64,000 bases of DNA from a virus (Duplodnaviria; Caudoviricetes): positions 9,326 through 73,325 of IMG/VR virus record IMGVR_UViG_645044602_000001; one strand, 5' to 3'. Below are positions 38,001 to 45,671 of this stretch, in pieces (within the stretch, counting starts at the first letter, position 1; every line of letters begins with the position of its first letter). Made by a program: the position numbers and the translations under genes. The notes below the pieces were generated by a model. It saw only the letters and a program-made list of their open reading frames with translations. It was not told the DNA's origin and did no database searches.

Positions 38001-40369
38001 CCATCAGCAAGAGACTCATTCAGAGCCTGCACCTTGTTCACCATGTGCTGTGCAAAGTTCTGCATGTCTTTCATGACATCAGTGACAGACTGGACTCGTC
38101 CTTGTTGGTTGATGACGGTCCCTTCAGGGGACTGGATACCAGTGAAAATCTCTCGGACAAAATCGTTGATTGACCGCAGTTTCTTACCACCCTCAGATAC
38201 CATGCCATCAGCATAGATCTGACGGGAAACATCGGTGATGGTTTTCTCCTTCCCAGCCGGTCGGCCAGAAGCAGTAAGATTGACGTTTTCTGTTCGAGAA
38301 ATTTGAACCTTGGCTTCCACATTCCGGTTCACAATACGAGCCAGTTTCGAAGCAGCTTTCATCAGCTTCGTATCTTCAGGTGAAATCTGTTCACCTGATT
38401 GCTCAAGAATGAGATCAGTAGCGTCAGGATTTACAGCCGTAGGATTGACCTTCGCAACATTACGAACAGTCTGGATATCCGTAGGAGCACCTTCTTTGTT
38501 CAGATCCAGAGTTGTAGCTTTGGTCACTACATTCTGAACCATCTTCGAAGACAGCACCTTTCCAAATTCCTTTTGAGCCTCTTTAGGCAGACTTGTAATC
38601 ATACCCTGAAGTTTCTGAAACTGAGCAGCAGCATACGCAATGTCTGCATCAGTAGCTTTGAACCCTTTCGATCCCATCTTGGCAACGATACCAGTTACGT
38701 TGTCAAAGACGTTGCGTGAACCACCAGCAACATCTGCCAGACCTTCAGATGGGACTTCCACATCAGGAGTATCGAAAGCAATTTGAATGTTATCACGCAG
38801 TTGCCCTTTGGCAGCCACATCACGAAGAGATTCCGAAGCATTCACAGTGGCTTGTACAGACTCCACCACTTCCTTGTCAGTTGGACGATTTGTGTATTCC
38901 ACAATCTCTTGTCCCACTCGACCAGCAAGATTGGCAGCTTGAGTCGCACCAGCAGATACAGCAGTTGCAGCGGCTTCACGAACAGGACGAGTTACATCGG
39001 CTACAGTCTGAGCAGCACGAGAAGCCACAGAACCACCCATGATATCCTGACGCAGAGAATCGTTATAGGTTGTCTCTGAGAACAGAGCATTAGCAGCCTC
39101 AACCGCAGTCTGGGCTGAACCACGCACAGAAGCAGGAGTAGCCATCACACCAGCCACACCCATACCTGCAATGGCACCCAAAGCAGCTTCTTCGCCCACT
39201 CCTTCAAGAGCACCACGACCAATTTGAGCATACTCTTCAACCGACATATTTCGATTGATGGTTCCAGATGCACCTTGGCCAGCTTCTTCGATACCTTCAC
39301 CAGCAATCGACAGAAGACCTTTGGTCACGCCAACTCCACGGAAACTTCCGATAGGCATCGCTTCAAAGCGAGATGTGATGAAACCAAGAGCAAGAGAAGG
39401 TGCAATCTGACGAATAGCAGCAGTTTCAGCAGCCATGCCAGCAAGCTGAAGACGAGCATTCTCAGGAGTGAACCCTTCACTCAAAAGCTCATTGTAGAGG
39501 CTGGAAGTTACACCCAGACGTTCCAGAGGAATCGACATCACGTCATTGACGGTCTCAGCATAGACACCAGCAACTTCCGTAGTCGCTGCACCAGCAGAAA
39601 TACCAGCAGCCTGTGCTGCACGTTGAGCCACAGTATTACGGACCAGAGCAGTCGTAGCACCTTTGGCAATAAGACCACCTGCACCAGCCAGAGGCACTGA
39701 CAGAGCCAGATCACCAATACCTTCAGAGATGATCTGTCCAGTCACATCAGGACTGTTCCATGCTCGTTCAGCAGACTCGACAGCGTTACGTCCTTCACGA
39801 CGAAGACCAGCCATAAAAGGATCAGCACCTTCTTGAACTTCACGTTCATAGACGGCTTGATTATCCATCTTGTCCAGTTCACCTTCAATCTGGAACAGAC
39901 GAGTACGATCTTGAAGCTGAGTAGTCAGGTTGTTTTGAAGAAAACCTTCCACATTCCGATTATGCTCACTCAGGATATCAGCAGTGGCTTGCTCACGAGG
40001 AATAGCCCCATCAGTCATCCAATCGACCATGTAACCAGCACCAATACCAGCAAGGTTGCCAAAGGTACGATAAGCAGCACCAGCCGCTCCTGTAGCACTG
40101 TCAGAAATAATCTCACCAGTTGAGCGTTCACCACGATCAATACGGTCAATCCGAGCACTTCCTTCACCCATCCGCATGGCAGCACGATATGCAGGATCAC
40201 CGTACTTTGCACGGATCTCCACATCATTCATATTGGCCATATCTTGGATGAGTTCGTCACTGAAACCAGTGTTTCGAGTCCGAGCGACAGCAGCGGTATC
40301 CTGAAAGTTAGGATCACGGAGACGGGCAGCAATCATTTCAGATGCAAGGAGTTCGTCGCGTTCAGACAT
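29012..40369 (-). CDS. virion-encapsidated RNA polymerase (N4 gp50-like vRNAP), 3785 aa
   Basis: Giant ORF with no Cys found on reading; T7-like motifs ELDGLTNG, RNTAKNPMTKVNYG and LPVFDG; N4 hallmark position. Confidence 0.97.
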   Translation of the reverse strand: MSERDELLASEMIAARLRDPNFQDTAAVARTRNTGFSDELIQDMANMNDVEIRAKYGDPAYRAAMRMGEGSARIDRIDRGERSTGEIISDSATGAAGAAYRTFGNLAGIGAGYMVDWMTDGAIPREQATADILSEHNRNVEGFLQNNLTTQLQDRTRLFQIEGELDKMDNQAVYEREVQEGADPFMAGLRREGRNAVESAERAWNSPDVTGQIISEGIGDLALSVPLAGAGGLIAKGATTALVRNTVAQRAAQAAGISAGAATTEVAGVYAETVNDVMSIPLERLGVTSSLYNELLSEGFTPENARLQLAGMAAETAAIRQIAPSLALGFITSRFEAMPIGSFRGVGVTKGLLSIAGEGIEEAGQGASGTINRNMSVEEYAQIGRGALEGVGEEAALGAIAGMGVAGVMATPASVRGSAQTAVEAANALFSETTYNDSLRQDIMGGSVASRAAQTVADVTRPVREAAATAVSAGATQAANLAGRVGQEIVEYTNRPTDKEVVESVQATVNASESLRDVAAKGQLRDNIQIAFDTPDVEVPSEGLADVAGGSRNVFDNVTGIVAKMGSKGFKATDADIAYAAAQFQKLQGMITSLPKEAQKEFGKVLSSKMVQNVVTKATTLDLNKEGAPTDIQTVRNVAKVNPTAVNPDATDLILEQSGEQISPEDTKLMKAASKLARIVNRNVEAKVQISRTENVNLTASGRPAGKEKTITDVSRQIYADGMVSEGGKKLRSINDFVREIFTGIQSPEGTVINQQGRVQSVTDVMKDMQNFAQHMVNKVQALNESLADGYTSPDGKRGGRLKNFDSPIRGVRREGVRYSPSNPNSVAFAQQVAEDQNAVVDAFNTLREEFPEVFGSFPKMEKVVLAKPDTQPTGIEEEVSPETSDEQNQQTNQETQTPTADDEVSSETEEQNQTTEEDLNISTDTGFITDEQDNVMVFYHGTGGVEFDQFADSRDGIFLTTRKGQGREYAIGKSNPRLMSVNVRATNPLLVETDDPQNQWLTKRGQLEMDYKAGNHDAIILSDGTDAIVIVFNGDQIAIVNQNIDARPTVVEEVSAPAETDETKTNESMVYWNGIGLFLSIFDTIKEGGFIVREVSPNAGMFEFGYVTASGKRIAGTFEYNEYENFIDNFVVTSEKGPNNVGMKQMRFLAGKILKEFPNAVGVAGFRQSGARASDQSEGVEIIFDLVDGRLILRNTKSDTSPTAVEEESNSERGTDEERAQATSETETNEEIVSDEPIPSGTKWDDIVAQMTEAEKARMRETVRERLGNARSFIKATMPTMNKYVKQIRIVPIRVAGLGHAFFADQTIHIREDGFNPDGTLNALGKAILVHETGHLVDNHANPVGRPYSSARMFYKSGKIYNEMNALRGKMSGFFNNRLEYAFTRNTPEKIASELFAVATEMAFSTEEFSGDLGNTAAFMEEVYGDLIRTETTGTTTEVSSEETQSSDGERNSGGSQGADTASVSGSSRKVTALFNKSFVPRNGDPVITSLDDLMQKFGSEFKMNREYLTIMNEILPDFVQRMNARLKMRVKDGQITKTIAQHIKDGRVEFRKFKAGALMNPETEQYDPDMLNLAVLAVMDFISTAAASDPRKLDDTLEKMGLNKLDLTEEGMNKILFGIPPSQLSDTIADDLKRLWHIKENEEASVDDLEGVTHGFAKEILTVLAEMDIIDIDTVKLTSEANQQDAATILVNTEKMSDYQKRIAGAKGEGISNTVRETIFNESRESYSIGSKIPTVSVRKGRGTGIMSALERMAVRRMQDIPHRLQMGRARLLEAIGEDNLATMLGYRDPASVTHPVLKRSVLGKNASVRRDLIEVTDLINGMMEQQASEVFFPVGVTKVGRHQMQGPNPQNNKLMRYVVAPQRSVLSTTDADDIQALWLGVLQQADMYKAEKKDREDDFRAAQEAFADKYGPAVQMVKNLMTTGEFDSDAFLTEVGQVEPAVLAAIEAIAGFELAVANGEATFETALSFELDGLTNGAANMMINFGHGLMTPEDWGNFKRVGYFLGTTAMTVNKFFKNKEKDLYEMVSQLGDQMMTGDLKFLKPWQQEQRKAAGRLASAFGNFEMLPNGDFKMTRNTAKNPMTKVNYGSGVQGVAIGVADDMLLEFYEKLQTIPENADWDTYYYPGVVKDMETLGLKLPNSFDKNFVFSNDQVEAFRKAIQFTVGKVLTNATRQVLGHRIEQLNDMLVLSTNIQSEYLQKLFDREINALAEKLAREGVIKRNKKGEPNKGEIPRKYFKELEDRLSQMGAIFVSDEQTLAVGGFDKKLTDLRLSSNFDEKLVTPARMRRPDDVGVRALPFAVIGTGDAMMMNLIFGADNAPNDVLPVFDGIDVPVSKIKQYAPQINEAVLKSWDRDVLGMAVQNFEGFMSNNLEADILNDVWAELMTDNKKESLQFFQGPEDLQAEMTKRLKENRARKKVFRQMAVSVDQMGGSDVGFTRDGESWTLSEVNHRIEKEINNDTKPKDVKKPVEFTIAKALLDNMRNLTPDQKKAVEILKPLMGDVRVIFGTLDQLNEYRQQNFPDDGAVLKAPSNYDFKNNVMFMSIDTNEAVLHEMVHAATYGAVLQHYQGVKNDAVARLEILMGEFMDIQSDGKAMNEAQAAIARRMARNDPINQAAAVNEFMAYVLTNSRVRSTAKQVSVIADFGSKVIALLRRMLGGMPTSLYDHVVFNTRVLNEPNVDDGGNGNTPPPDEPGDETSDPFENHSDYWIENLKAYMRSFVTDTSAKQKTGRDIYNAEKVINDLRQGGLLANSKDRSTFKAIYGIMLSNMKLDATARIALTRVFQHIVENMTPEMFGSNPEDRQTYSAVLNSFGSIENEGTSDAAAVLFALSQTSKKFRAVLEQIPAPEAQAAVEGSLVDFMTRAASFSMKKLMGSLNENNAPQEVLDAVAQVIIDHDKEKEFRLLKRVTESLTAADNMVSGALSSTSDWMLRKDQEIQAQSRGKVIPFLMSSVTLATNLLDKKNTDLTAQGAKKITHMGLPILSIVPIREMVSEIVGTDKQNSVVVDLLNKVNAAVSGMRQAYREDLPGILEREFVIPPTKEQWKAMFNTLAKTDFSVLVDLDNMRQTMKFLEESATRRNEIQRLEQDLAQSLSGSAMADVIAKSKQLADFMNGQAVGKLLVRNAYAIVNNLDGEGTPDMVSKIDRLVSVYAIDRMDAQTREEVVQLWQTDPNGVTSIVAYIQSLNEAEEAKPGITEQARLNGYKGYIPNEGRKNTQIVVDLDSNKDARERMGYVKLDIPYQGETDSIYPRSYYVSTVRRQGAYSQGVIQNVAMTYRGVDTNTGMTVGNSVAGLITGDSSVDRIVQDQLNPNTVLENEQEALMPVFAGDGSVLGFERSISNEIQELHLGREENLAVMLGAWAGRQVEESLADQYNKQLVDELHKIWENRENGSDAEFEDMKRSTDKIYQESWKLIPQSTKSYIESKFDGAFMVPRSMVNLAVGYREPSITDMWSGKSRMPKPMRAVVVGATEAFMGRKAMRMLAAGEEALQGTVSTAKDIIVVRSLVVPVANIQANAMQLANAGVPLKQITKGYRSKLAEAEEFIHNRTKIIDLQQKRIIARNDNQRQIIDDRIQVLEDLNKQMSIAPMIAAGQFKQLSEGITDLDVDISSGRIGDYIEKLSEKLPERAADIAKVGLVSKSTKLYQVLNRATQYGDFIAKSIYYDHLISQGLSAEVASAMVNEEFVNFSVLPGRVRSGLESNGLTWFMAFKIRILKIAAKQMRDNPVRSLALNAMTDMNSPISDNILAVMAAGNLDYATGYEMLFDAPELNPWINLMNGGQ

Positions 40370-40420
40370 TATGACACCTCGGAAGGATTTGTGAGTACAT
40401 CCTTAGTGTCATAATGCCTG
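40363..40420 (-). promoter_or_regulatory. stem-loop sequestering the vRNAP RBS and start codon
   Basis: On the mRNA strand CAGGCAUUAUGACACU pairs with GGUGUCAUAAUGUCUG (16 bp including G-U), plus inner AAGGAU/AUCCUU. Confidence 0.6.
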
Positions 40421-40436
40421 TTGACGATCAAGAGGT

Positions 40437-42455
40437 TTAGCGACCCTCAGTCGTACTTTGACGAGAAAGATCAGACGCAGCCTGTTCCAGTTGTTGTAGG
40501 CGAGTCAGAAGCTGTTCCCGTTGACGTTCATCATTAGGATCATTTGGATTCAGCTTATTCAGACGAGACAGGATCTGACGCTGTTGACCAGCATTCTGTT
40601 CAAGCTGTGATTCAATAATACTCAGATCCGCCTGACCACGATCAAACTCTCGACGACGTTCAGGAGTAAGTTGTTGGATGGTTTGGGCAATGATGTCCTG
40701 ATTAAAGCGATTTTCAATCGTATTTCGAGTCAAGTCAACATTCCACCACCGACCATTATCACCCGGATCTCGAATGAAGGCATCACGCATTGCCACTGCC
40801 ATCACAGCAGGTTCGACATTATACTGATCAGCCAATGTGTTGATGTAGTTTCGAAGAGTATTCGAATCATAATCACCACGACTTTCAGGATCAGTCGGAA
40901 GACCCAGATCTGTTTCCAGATTGGTAGTTGGGTCTTCAGCATACCGACCAATATCGTTCAGAGCACGATACTGATCTTGACCACGGAATTGACGATTAGC
41001 ATCAGCCACAGTATTTGCAGCAGCCGCTTCAATGGCTCCTGTAATTCCTGCATCCAATGCACCACCAGTCAGATCTGAAGTAAGACCTTCAGATTGACCA
41101 ATCATTTCAGCACCACGACGTGCAGCAGCAAGAGCTTCAGCTTGGCTGAATTCACCAGTTTCGATGAGCATTTCACGAATCAGGTTTTCAGCTTCTGCAC
41201 CACTGATTGCATCAGGTGAGTTCACAACGCTTTCAGTGATACCTGCCAGCATGTCATTCTGAAGCTGAGTACGTTCACCAGCAATGAGTTCATCACCACG
41301 AGTACCTGCATCCCGAAGAGGAGCAACTCGACCCAGAACCTCATCAGGACGGAACAGACCTGAAGCTGCCATTTGAGAAGCCCAAGCATCACCACCAAAA
41401 CCTGTTTGTGTGGTTTGGCGTGGACCACCTTGTGGTGCTTGTGCTGGACCTTGAGGTGCTGAACCAGAAGCAGCAGCAAGAATGGTATCTCGATTCACTG
41501 GAGGCATAGAACGGATTTCATCAATCATGACATCCAGTTCTGCATCAGAGACGTTCTTGAAACCTTCCCATTCAGCACGAAGACCAGCACGTTGAGCGTC
41601 CCGAGTCCGAGGACCAAGGACACGCTGTTGAGCCAGATACAGACCAAGTTGTTCCTGTACAGCCGGAGAGAATGGTACATCATCAGGAAGGCCCAGATCT
41701 TCTTGAAGACCACGAAGAGTAGAACCAACAATCTGAAACTTACCCATTGGTGTAGCAACTCGACCAATCTCAGAATTCACAGACTGACCATATTCACCAC
41801 TTGGAGAAGCAAAGCGACCAGCTTCACCAATAGTCATAGATGAGACTCGTACACCATTCTGTCGGTTACGATGACCAAAAAGAGTATCATATTGGTCAGC
41901 ACCACCACCACTTTCAGTGCGGTCAATGTGAGCAGAGAACGCAGTGCCTCCAGTAAGAGCACCTCGTTCAGCATCCAAAAATCCACCAGCATTGTTACGA
42001 AGCCAAGCATCTTGAGCTTGTCCATGACCCCATTTAGTAGCCACACGAGCTTCACCAGCATTTGCCCGAGAGTTTGCATCATTGCCCCAACCAATTGAAG
42101 CAACAGTACGATCAGCATTTGCATTGGTACTCCGAGTACCTGCACGAGTGCTGTCAAAACCAACAACATCACCCTGACGACCCATCAGGCTTTGAAGCAT
42201 GGCATCAGAAACTGGACGACCAGCAAGACCACCATTGGCAAAGTAAGCGTCGATCTCTTCCTGCGTATCCAGAGCAGCAAGTTCGTTTGCAACTTCAGCA
42301 TCAGCTTTTCGAGTTGGACCTTCAGCGTATTGGCCAAGAATACCTTGAGCCGCTTCAGCAGCATCATTGATACCGCCACGAGCTTCTGCCAGTAGACCAG
42401 ACACATTGGGAGTAGCAACTGATAGTTGCCGCCATGCAAGACGAGGATCAGCCAT
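40437..42455 (-). CDS. ejection/internal virion protein with lysozyme-like domain (N4 gp51 position)
   Basis: ESGG...YDTLFG...TPMGKFQIVGSTL...FSPAVQE motif of lambda-like muramidases; adjacent to vRNAP. Confidence 0.75.
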   Translation of the reverse strand: MADPRLAWRQLSVATPNVSGLLAEARGGINDAAEAAQGILGQYAEGPTRKADAEVANELAALDTQEEIDAYFANGGLAGRPVSDAMLQSLMGRQGDVVGFDSTRAGTRSTNANADRTVASIGWGNDANSRANAGEARVATKWGHGQAQDAWLRNNAGGFLDAERGALTGGTAFSAHIDRTESGGGADQYDTLFGHRNRQNGVRVSSMTIGEAGRFASPSGEYGQSVNSEIGRVATPMGKFQIVGSTLRGLQEDLGLPDDVPFSPAVQEQLGLYLAQQRVLGPRTRDAQRAGLRAEWEGFKNVSDAELDVMIDEIRSMPPVNRDTILAAASGSAPQGPAQAPQGGPRQTTQTGFGGDAWASQMAASGLFRPDEVLGRVAPLRDAGTRGDELIAGERTQLQNDMLAGITESVVNSPDAISGAEAENLIREMLIETGEFSQAEALAAARRGAEMIGQSEGLTSDLTGGALDAGITGAIEAAAANTVADANRQFRGQDQYRALNDIGRYAEDPTTNLETDLGLPTDPESRGDYDSNTLRNYINTLADQYNVEPAVMAVAMRDAFIRDPGDNGRWWNVDLTRNTIENRFNQDIIAQTIQQLTPERRREFDRGQADLSIIESQLEQNAGQQRQILSRLNKLNPNDPNDERQREQLLTRLQQLEQAASDLSRQSTTEGR

Positions 42456-42469
42456 ATCAGGTTACTCCC

Positions 42470-42928
42470 TCAGAGTGAGTGTTCAGAAAGGTAAGCATCA
42501 GTTTCACCTGAGCCTTTGCCTTCAGTAAAGTGACGAGATCGAATTCGATCTTCGAGAGCGGTATTGTAGGTTTGGGTTTGGTTGGCAAGGTTGGTATCCC
42601 ATTGCTCACGAGCAAAGGACATTTGTTCTTTGGCCATCTTGTGAGCTTGATAAATATACCACAGGTTTCCAAGAACCTGCACACCACCCAGAACCAAACC
42701 AGCCCCACCATCCTTTGACCAGAAGCCCGGACCACTACCCTGTTGAGCACCAACACCAGTTGTACCCGGAACAGTGGGTGATTGAACAGTGACACTTGAG
42801 ACACCAGTCCCAGTTCCACCAGTCGGAGTTCCAATCGAATAATCAAGCGCACCACTTCCCATGGCACTCATTTGAGAGCCGTTTACGGTGGCATCGCCAA
42901 GCGTATTTCCCCAAGATAGTGCTGTCAT
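42470..42928 (-). CDS. structural protein (N4 gp52-like)
   Basis: Gly-rich N-terminus and NLANQTQTYNTALEDRIRSR motif; synteny. Confidence 0.75.
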   Translation of the reverse strand: MTALSWGNTLGDATVNGSQMSAMGSGALDYSIGTPTGGTGTGVSSVTVQSPTVPGTTGVGAQQGSGPGFWSKDGGAGLVLGGVQVLGNLWYIYQAHKMAKEQMSFAREQWDTNLANQTQTYNTALEDRIRSRHFTEGKGSGETDAYLSEHSL

Positions 42929-42930
42929 GT

Positions 42931-45669
42931 TTAGTTCCTCGGCAATGTTTTGGCTACATCCACATAGTCGTATACCATTGAATGGGTCAATTCCACAATG
43001 TCACTTCCAGTCATTGTGGTCCTGCGGATGTACTCGTCAGCAGTTTCAGGCATATAGCCTCTACTGCCACCTCGTGCATTGCCTCGTCCCCATTCTGTAA
43101 GGAAAAGCGGATTGAAATTCAAATCGTTTCCGCCCAACCCATCAATAAGATCCTGAATATACTTCATACGCTCTTCGTAAGCGTTGCCGTCTTCTTCAAG
43201 ATCTCCCTTCATTTCATTGATATCGCCTTGCACCCAGCCAGCATAACCATTGGCAAGAGCATTACCCAGACCCAAAAGACCTTCAGCACTGAAGATCTTG
43301 ACCCCAGACATAGCTGCACCAAAAGCAAAACCTGCAATAGCAGCAAACAAAGCACCCCACTTTTCACCAAAGAGAGCCGTACCAACAACCTTCAGAATCT
43401 CTGAGATAATGATGGATGCGATATAGTTAGCCACCACTCCAGCAACCAAGGCAGCCGTACCTGTTAAACCTAGTGCAGCCCCTACTGCTAGGTATTGACC
43501 AAGAACACCACCACCTGCTGCAAAAGCACCGGGAAAGATAATGACTGCAATCACAATAACCAGAGTGACCAGCAGGATTTTGAAAATACCCCTTTGATAC
43601 CAACGTTGTTTGGTGACAGTGTAGCTGTTGAAAAGAATGTGAGCATTGGCTGTCGCCATCTGTGTATAATCCACGATGTTCATTTCAGACATCGTTGGGT
43701 AATGCAGAGGAATCAGAAAACCCGACTCTTCATTATCTGCCAGAGCTTCGGATGACGTGATCTTTACGGCTTTACCACCATAGATGTAATTTTTAGAAAC
43801 CAATCCCCAAACCGTTATACGACGATAGGAATTGGCTGATACCTGCCAATAGATGTACATCGACGGAATTGAGTTACTCACCATGTTGGCAAACTGTTCC
43901 CCATCATAGATGTTGAACCCTTCACGAACACTCCAAGAAAAACTTGGACCATTCGCAAGCATCACATCATCTACTTTAGGAGCCTGAGTTCCAGCAGTAT
44001 TAGGGTCAGTATCGTAAGTCCCAGCAAATTGCTCGATCTCGATATGGACCCAAGACACTCTATAATCAAAACCAAAGGTACTATCCCTCAGACGAATTGT
44101 ATTCGTAGGAGGAGGAGAAATCGTTGGTAGTTCAGGACGGGGCGGAATGGTCTGCCACGTATAGACATTCTGCTGTTCCCAATTTGTGTTCTCCCAATCT
44201 TCAAGTTTCTGAAGAGCCGCATTGTAGGCAGCCACTTCAGCTTGAAAATTGGTCATCACATTTCCAGAACCACCACTCTGAAATGGAATCATCTTCTCCA
44301 AGAAATTGAAGATATACTTCTTACAGGCATTCTCTTTCACATTGAGAGAAGCTCCAAAACATAGATAGGCATAGTCGATGTCATTAATTGAAGGATTCTC
44401 TTCAACTGAGGTAATCAGATTGTCGAAGTTCTTGCCTTGGTATGCTCGACGATATGCCTTCTTTGTAGCGTTGTACGCATCTTCATACTGTGGTTCCGTG
44501 ATCGAAACGTTGTTGATCCGGATAGGCATGAAGGGAAAAAACTCTTGGAAACCAGAAGCATCAGCTTCTGAAACCAAGGCATCAAGAACAGCATTTCCAG
44601 TCCCCACCTCATAGATGAAGATCTGTTCAGGACCATACTGCTCACCATAGAAAAGATCCTGTGTGTCGTATCGTGTCGTCCACGACGACAGGACTCTTTC
44701 TCCTGTGGTGGTTGCTGTTTCAGTTCGAATGACACCTCCACCCAGATCAGTCTGAGTCACCACGACATTCACATAGTCATTGGCAATCGTATCAGTTCCA
44801 GTCAGATTCCAAATCTGCCTTTCACCCTGAAGGGTAATTCCATTTTGTTGGACAATCACTTCACGAGACCAGACTTCTTGGGCTGTACTCAATTGCCCAG
44901 CAACATCTGCATCTACAGCATTTTCAATTGTTTGATCTGGATCACCATTGTTATAGCGCCACACCGTAGTACGAGTACGTTGCAGAGTAACTGGGGTAAA
45001 TGTCCCAGTGTTGGAATCTTGAGTGAAACTAGTGAGATCAGGAATTACCAGAACATTCGTTGTCGGAGTTCCTTCCACCACAGCAGATTCAGAATTGTCC
45101 AGATACTCAATGTATTTGGCAATGACATACCTTTTGGTAGACGAAAAAACAGGACCAAATGTCCCGTCATTGAGCCAAGAAAAGAAATCGTTATTGGGGA
45201 ATTCCACCGAGAATGTATTCGTCACAGGATCATATTCACCCAACCAGCTTTCACTATTGCGAATTGGATGGTTCATCAGAACCCATTTCTCAATCCAAGG
45301 CTGAAAGTCTCCATCAGAAATTTCTGAACTGAAGACAGTCAGATTGAGTCCAGCAGGTGCTGGAGGAACTGGAGAAGGAGGAATCTGTCCACCAACAACC
45401 AAAGCATCCAAAGAGACGTTGTTGACAATGGATGTAGTGACCATTCCCGGAATATTGTTTCGATCAGCATACCGAAAAAACTGACGTTGTTTCATCCCCG
45501 GTCCCTCAAAGAGAGACGTGCGAATATCGTCAGCTAGGCTCGGGTTATTGGAAATAACCGAACCAAACAAAGTACCTTTGATGAAGTCTGGACGATCATT
45601 TTCGTCTCCAGCCATGTTATACAATGTGCTGGAGACGTTGATGATCTTCTTAGATGAGAAGAGGCCCAT
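42931..45669 (-). CDS. structural protein (N4 gp53-like) with C-terminal hydrophobic segments
   Basis: MGLFSSKK...VSSTLYNMAGD start; WYQRGIFK followed by TM helices; synteny. Confidence 0.8.
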   Translation of the reverse strand: MGLFSSKKIINVSSTLYNMAGDENDRPDFIKGTLFGSVISNNPSLADDIRTSLFEGPGMKQRQFFRYADRNNIPGMVTTSIVNNVSLDALVVGGQIPPSPVPPAPAGLNLTVFSSEISDGDFQPWIEKWVLMNHPIRNSESWLGEYDPVTNTFSVEFPNNDFFSWLNDGTFGPVFSSTKRYVIAKYIEYLDNSESAVVEGTPTTNVLVIPDLTSFTQDSNTGTFTPVTLQRTRTTVWRYNNGDPDQTIENAVDADVAGQLSTAQEVWSREVIVQQNGITLQGERQIWNLTGTDTIANDYVNVVVTQTDLGGGVIRTETATTTGERVLSSWTTRYDTQDLFYGEQYGPEQIFIYEVGTGNAVLDALVSEADASGFQEFFPFMPIRINNVSITEPQYEDAYNATKKAYRRAYQGKNFDNLITSVEENPSINDIDYAYLCFGASLNVKENACKKYIFNFLEKMIPFQSGGSGNVMTNFQAEVAAYNAALQKLEDWENTNWEQQNVYTWQTIPPRPELPTISPPPTNTIRLRDSTFGFDYRVSWVHIEIEQFAGTYDTDPNTAGTQAPKVDDVMLANGPSFSWSVREGFNIYDGEQFANMVSNSIPSMYIYWQVSANSYRRITVWGLVSKNYIYGGKAVKITSSEALADNEESGFLIPLHYPTMSEMNIVDYTQMATANAHILFNSYTVTKQRWYQRGIFKILLVTLVIVIAVIIFPGAFAAGGGVLGQYLAVGAALGLTGTAALVAGVVANYIASIIISEILKVVGTALFGEKWGALFAAIAGFAFGAAMSGVKIFSAEGLLGLGNALANGYAGWVQGDINEMKGDLEEDGNAYEERMKYIQDLIDGLGGNDLNFNPLFLTEWGRGNARGGSRGYMPETADEYIRRTTMTGSDIVELTHSMVYDYVDVAKTLPRN

Positions 45670-45671
45670 AC

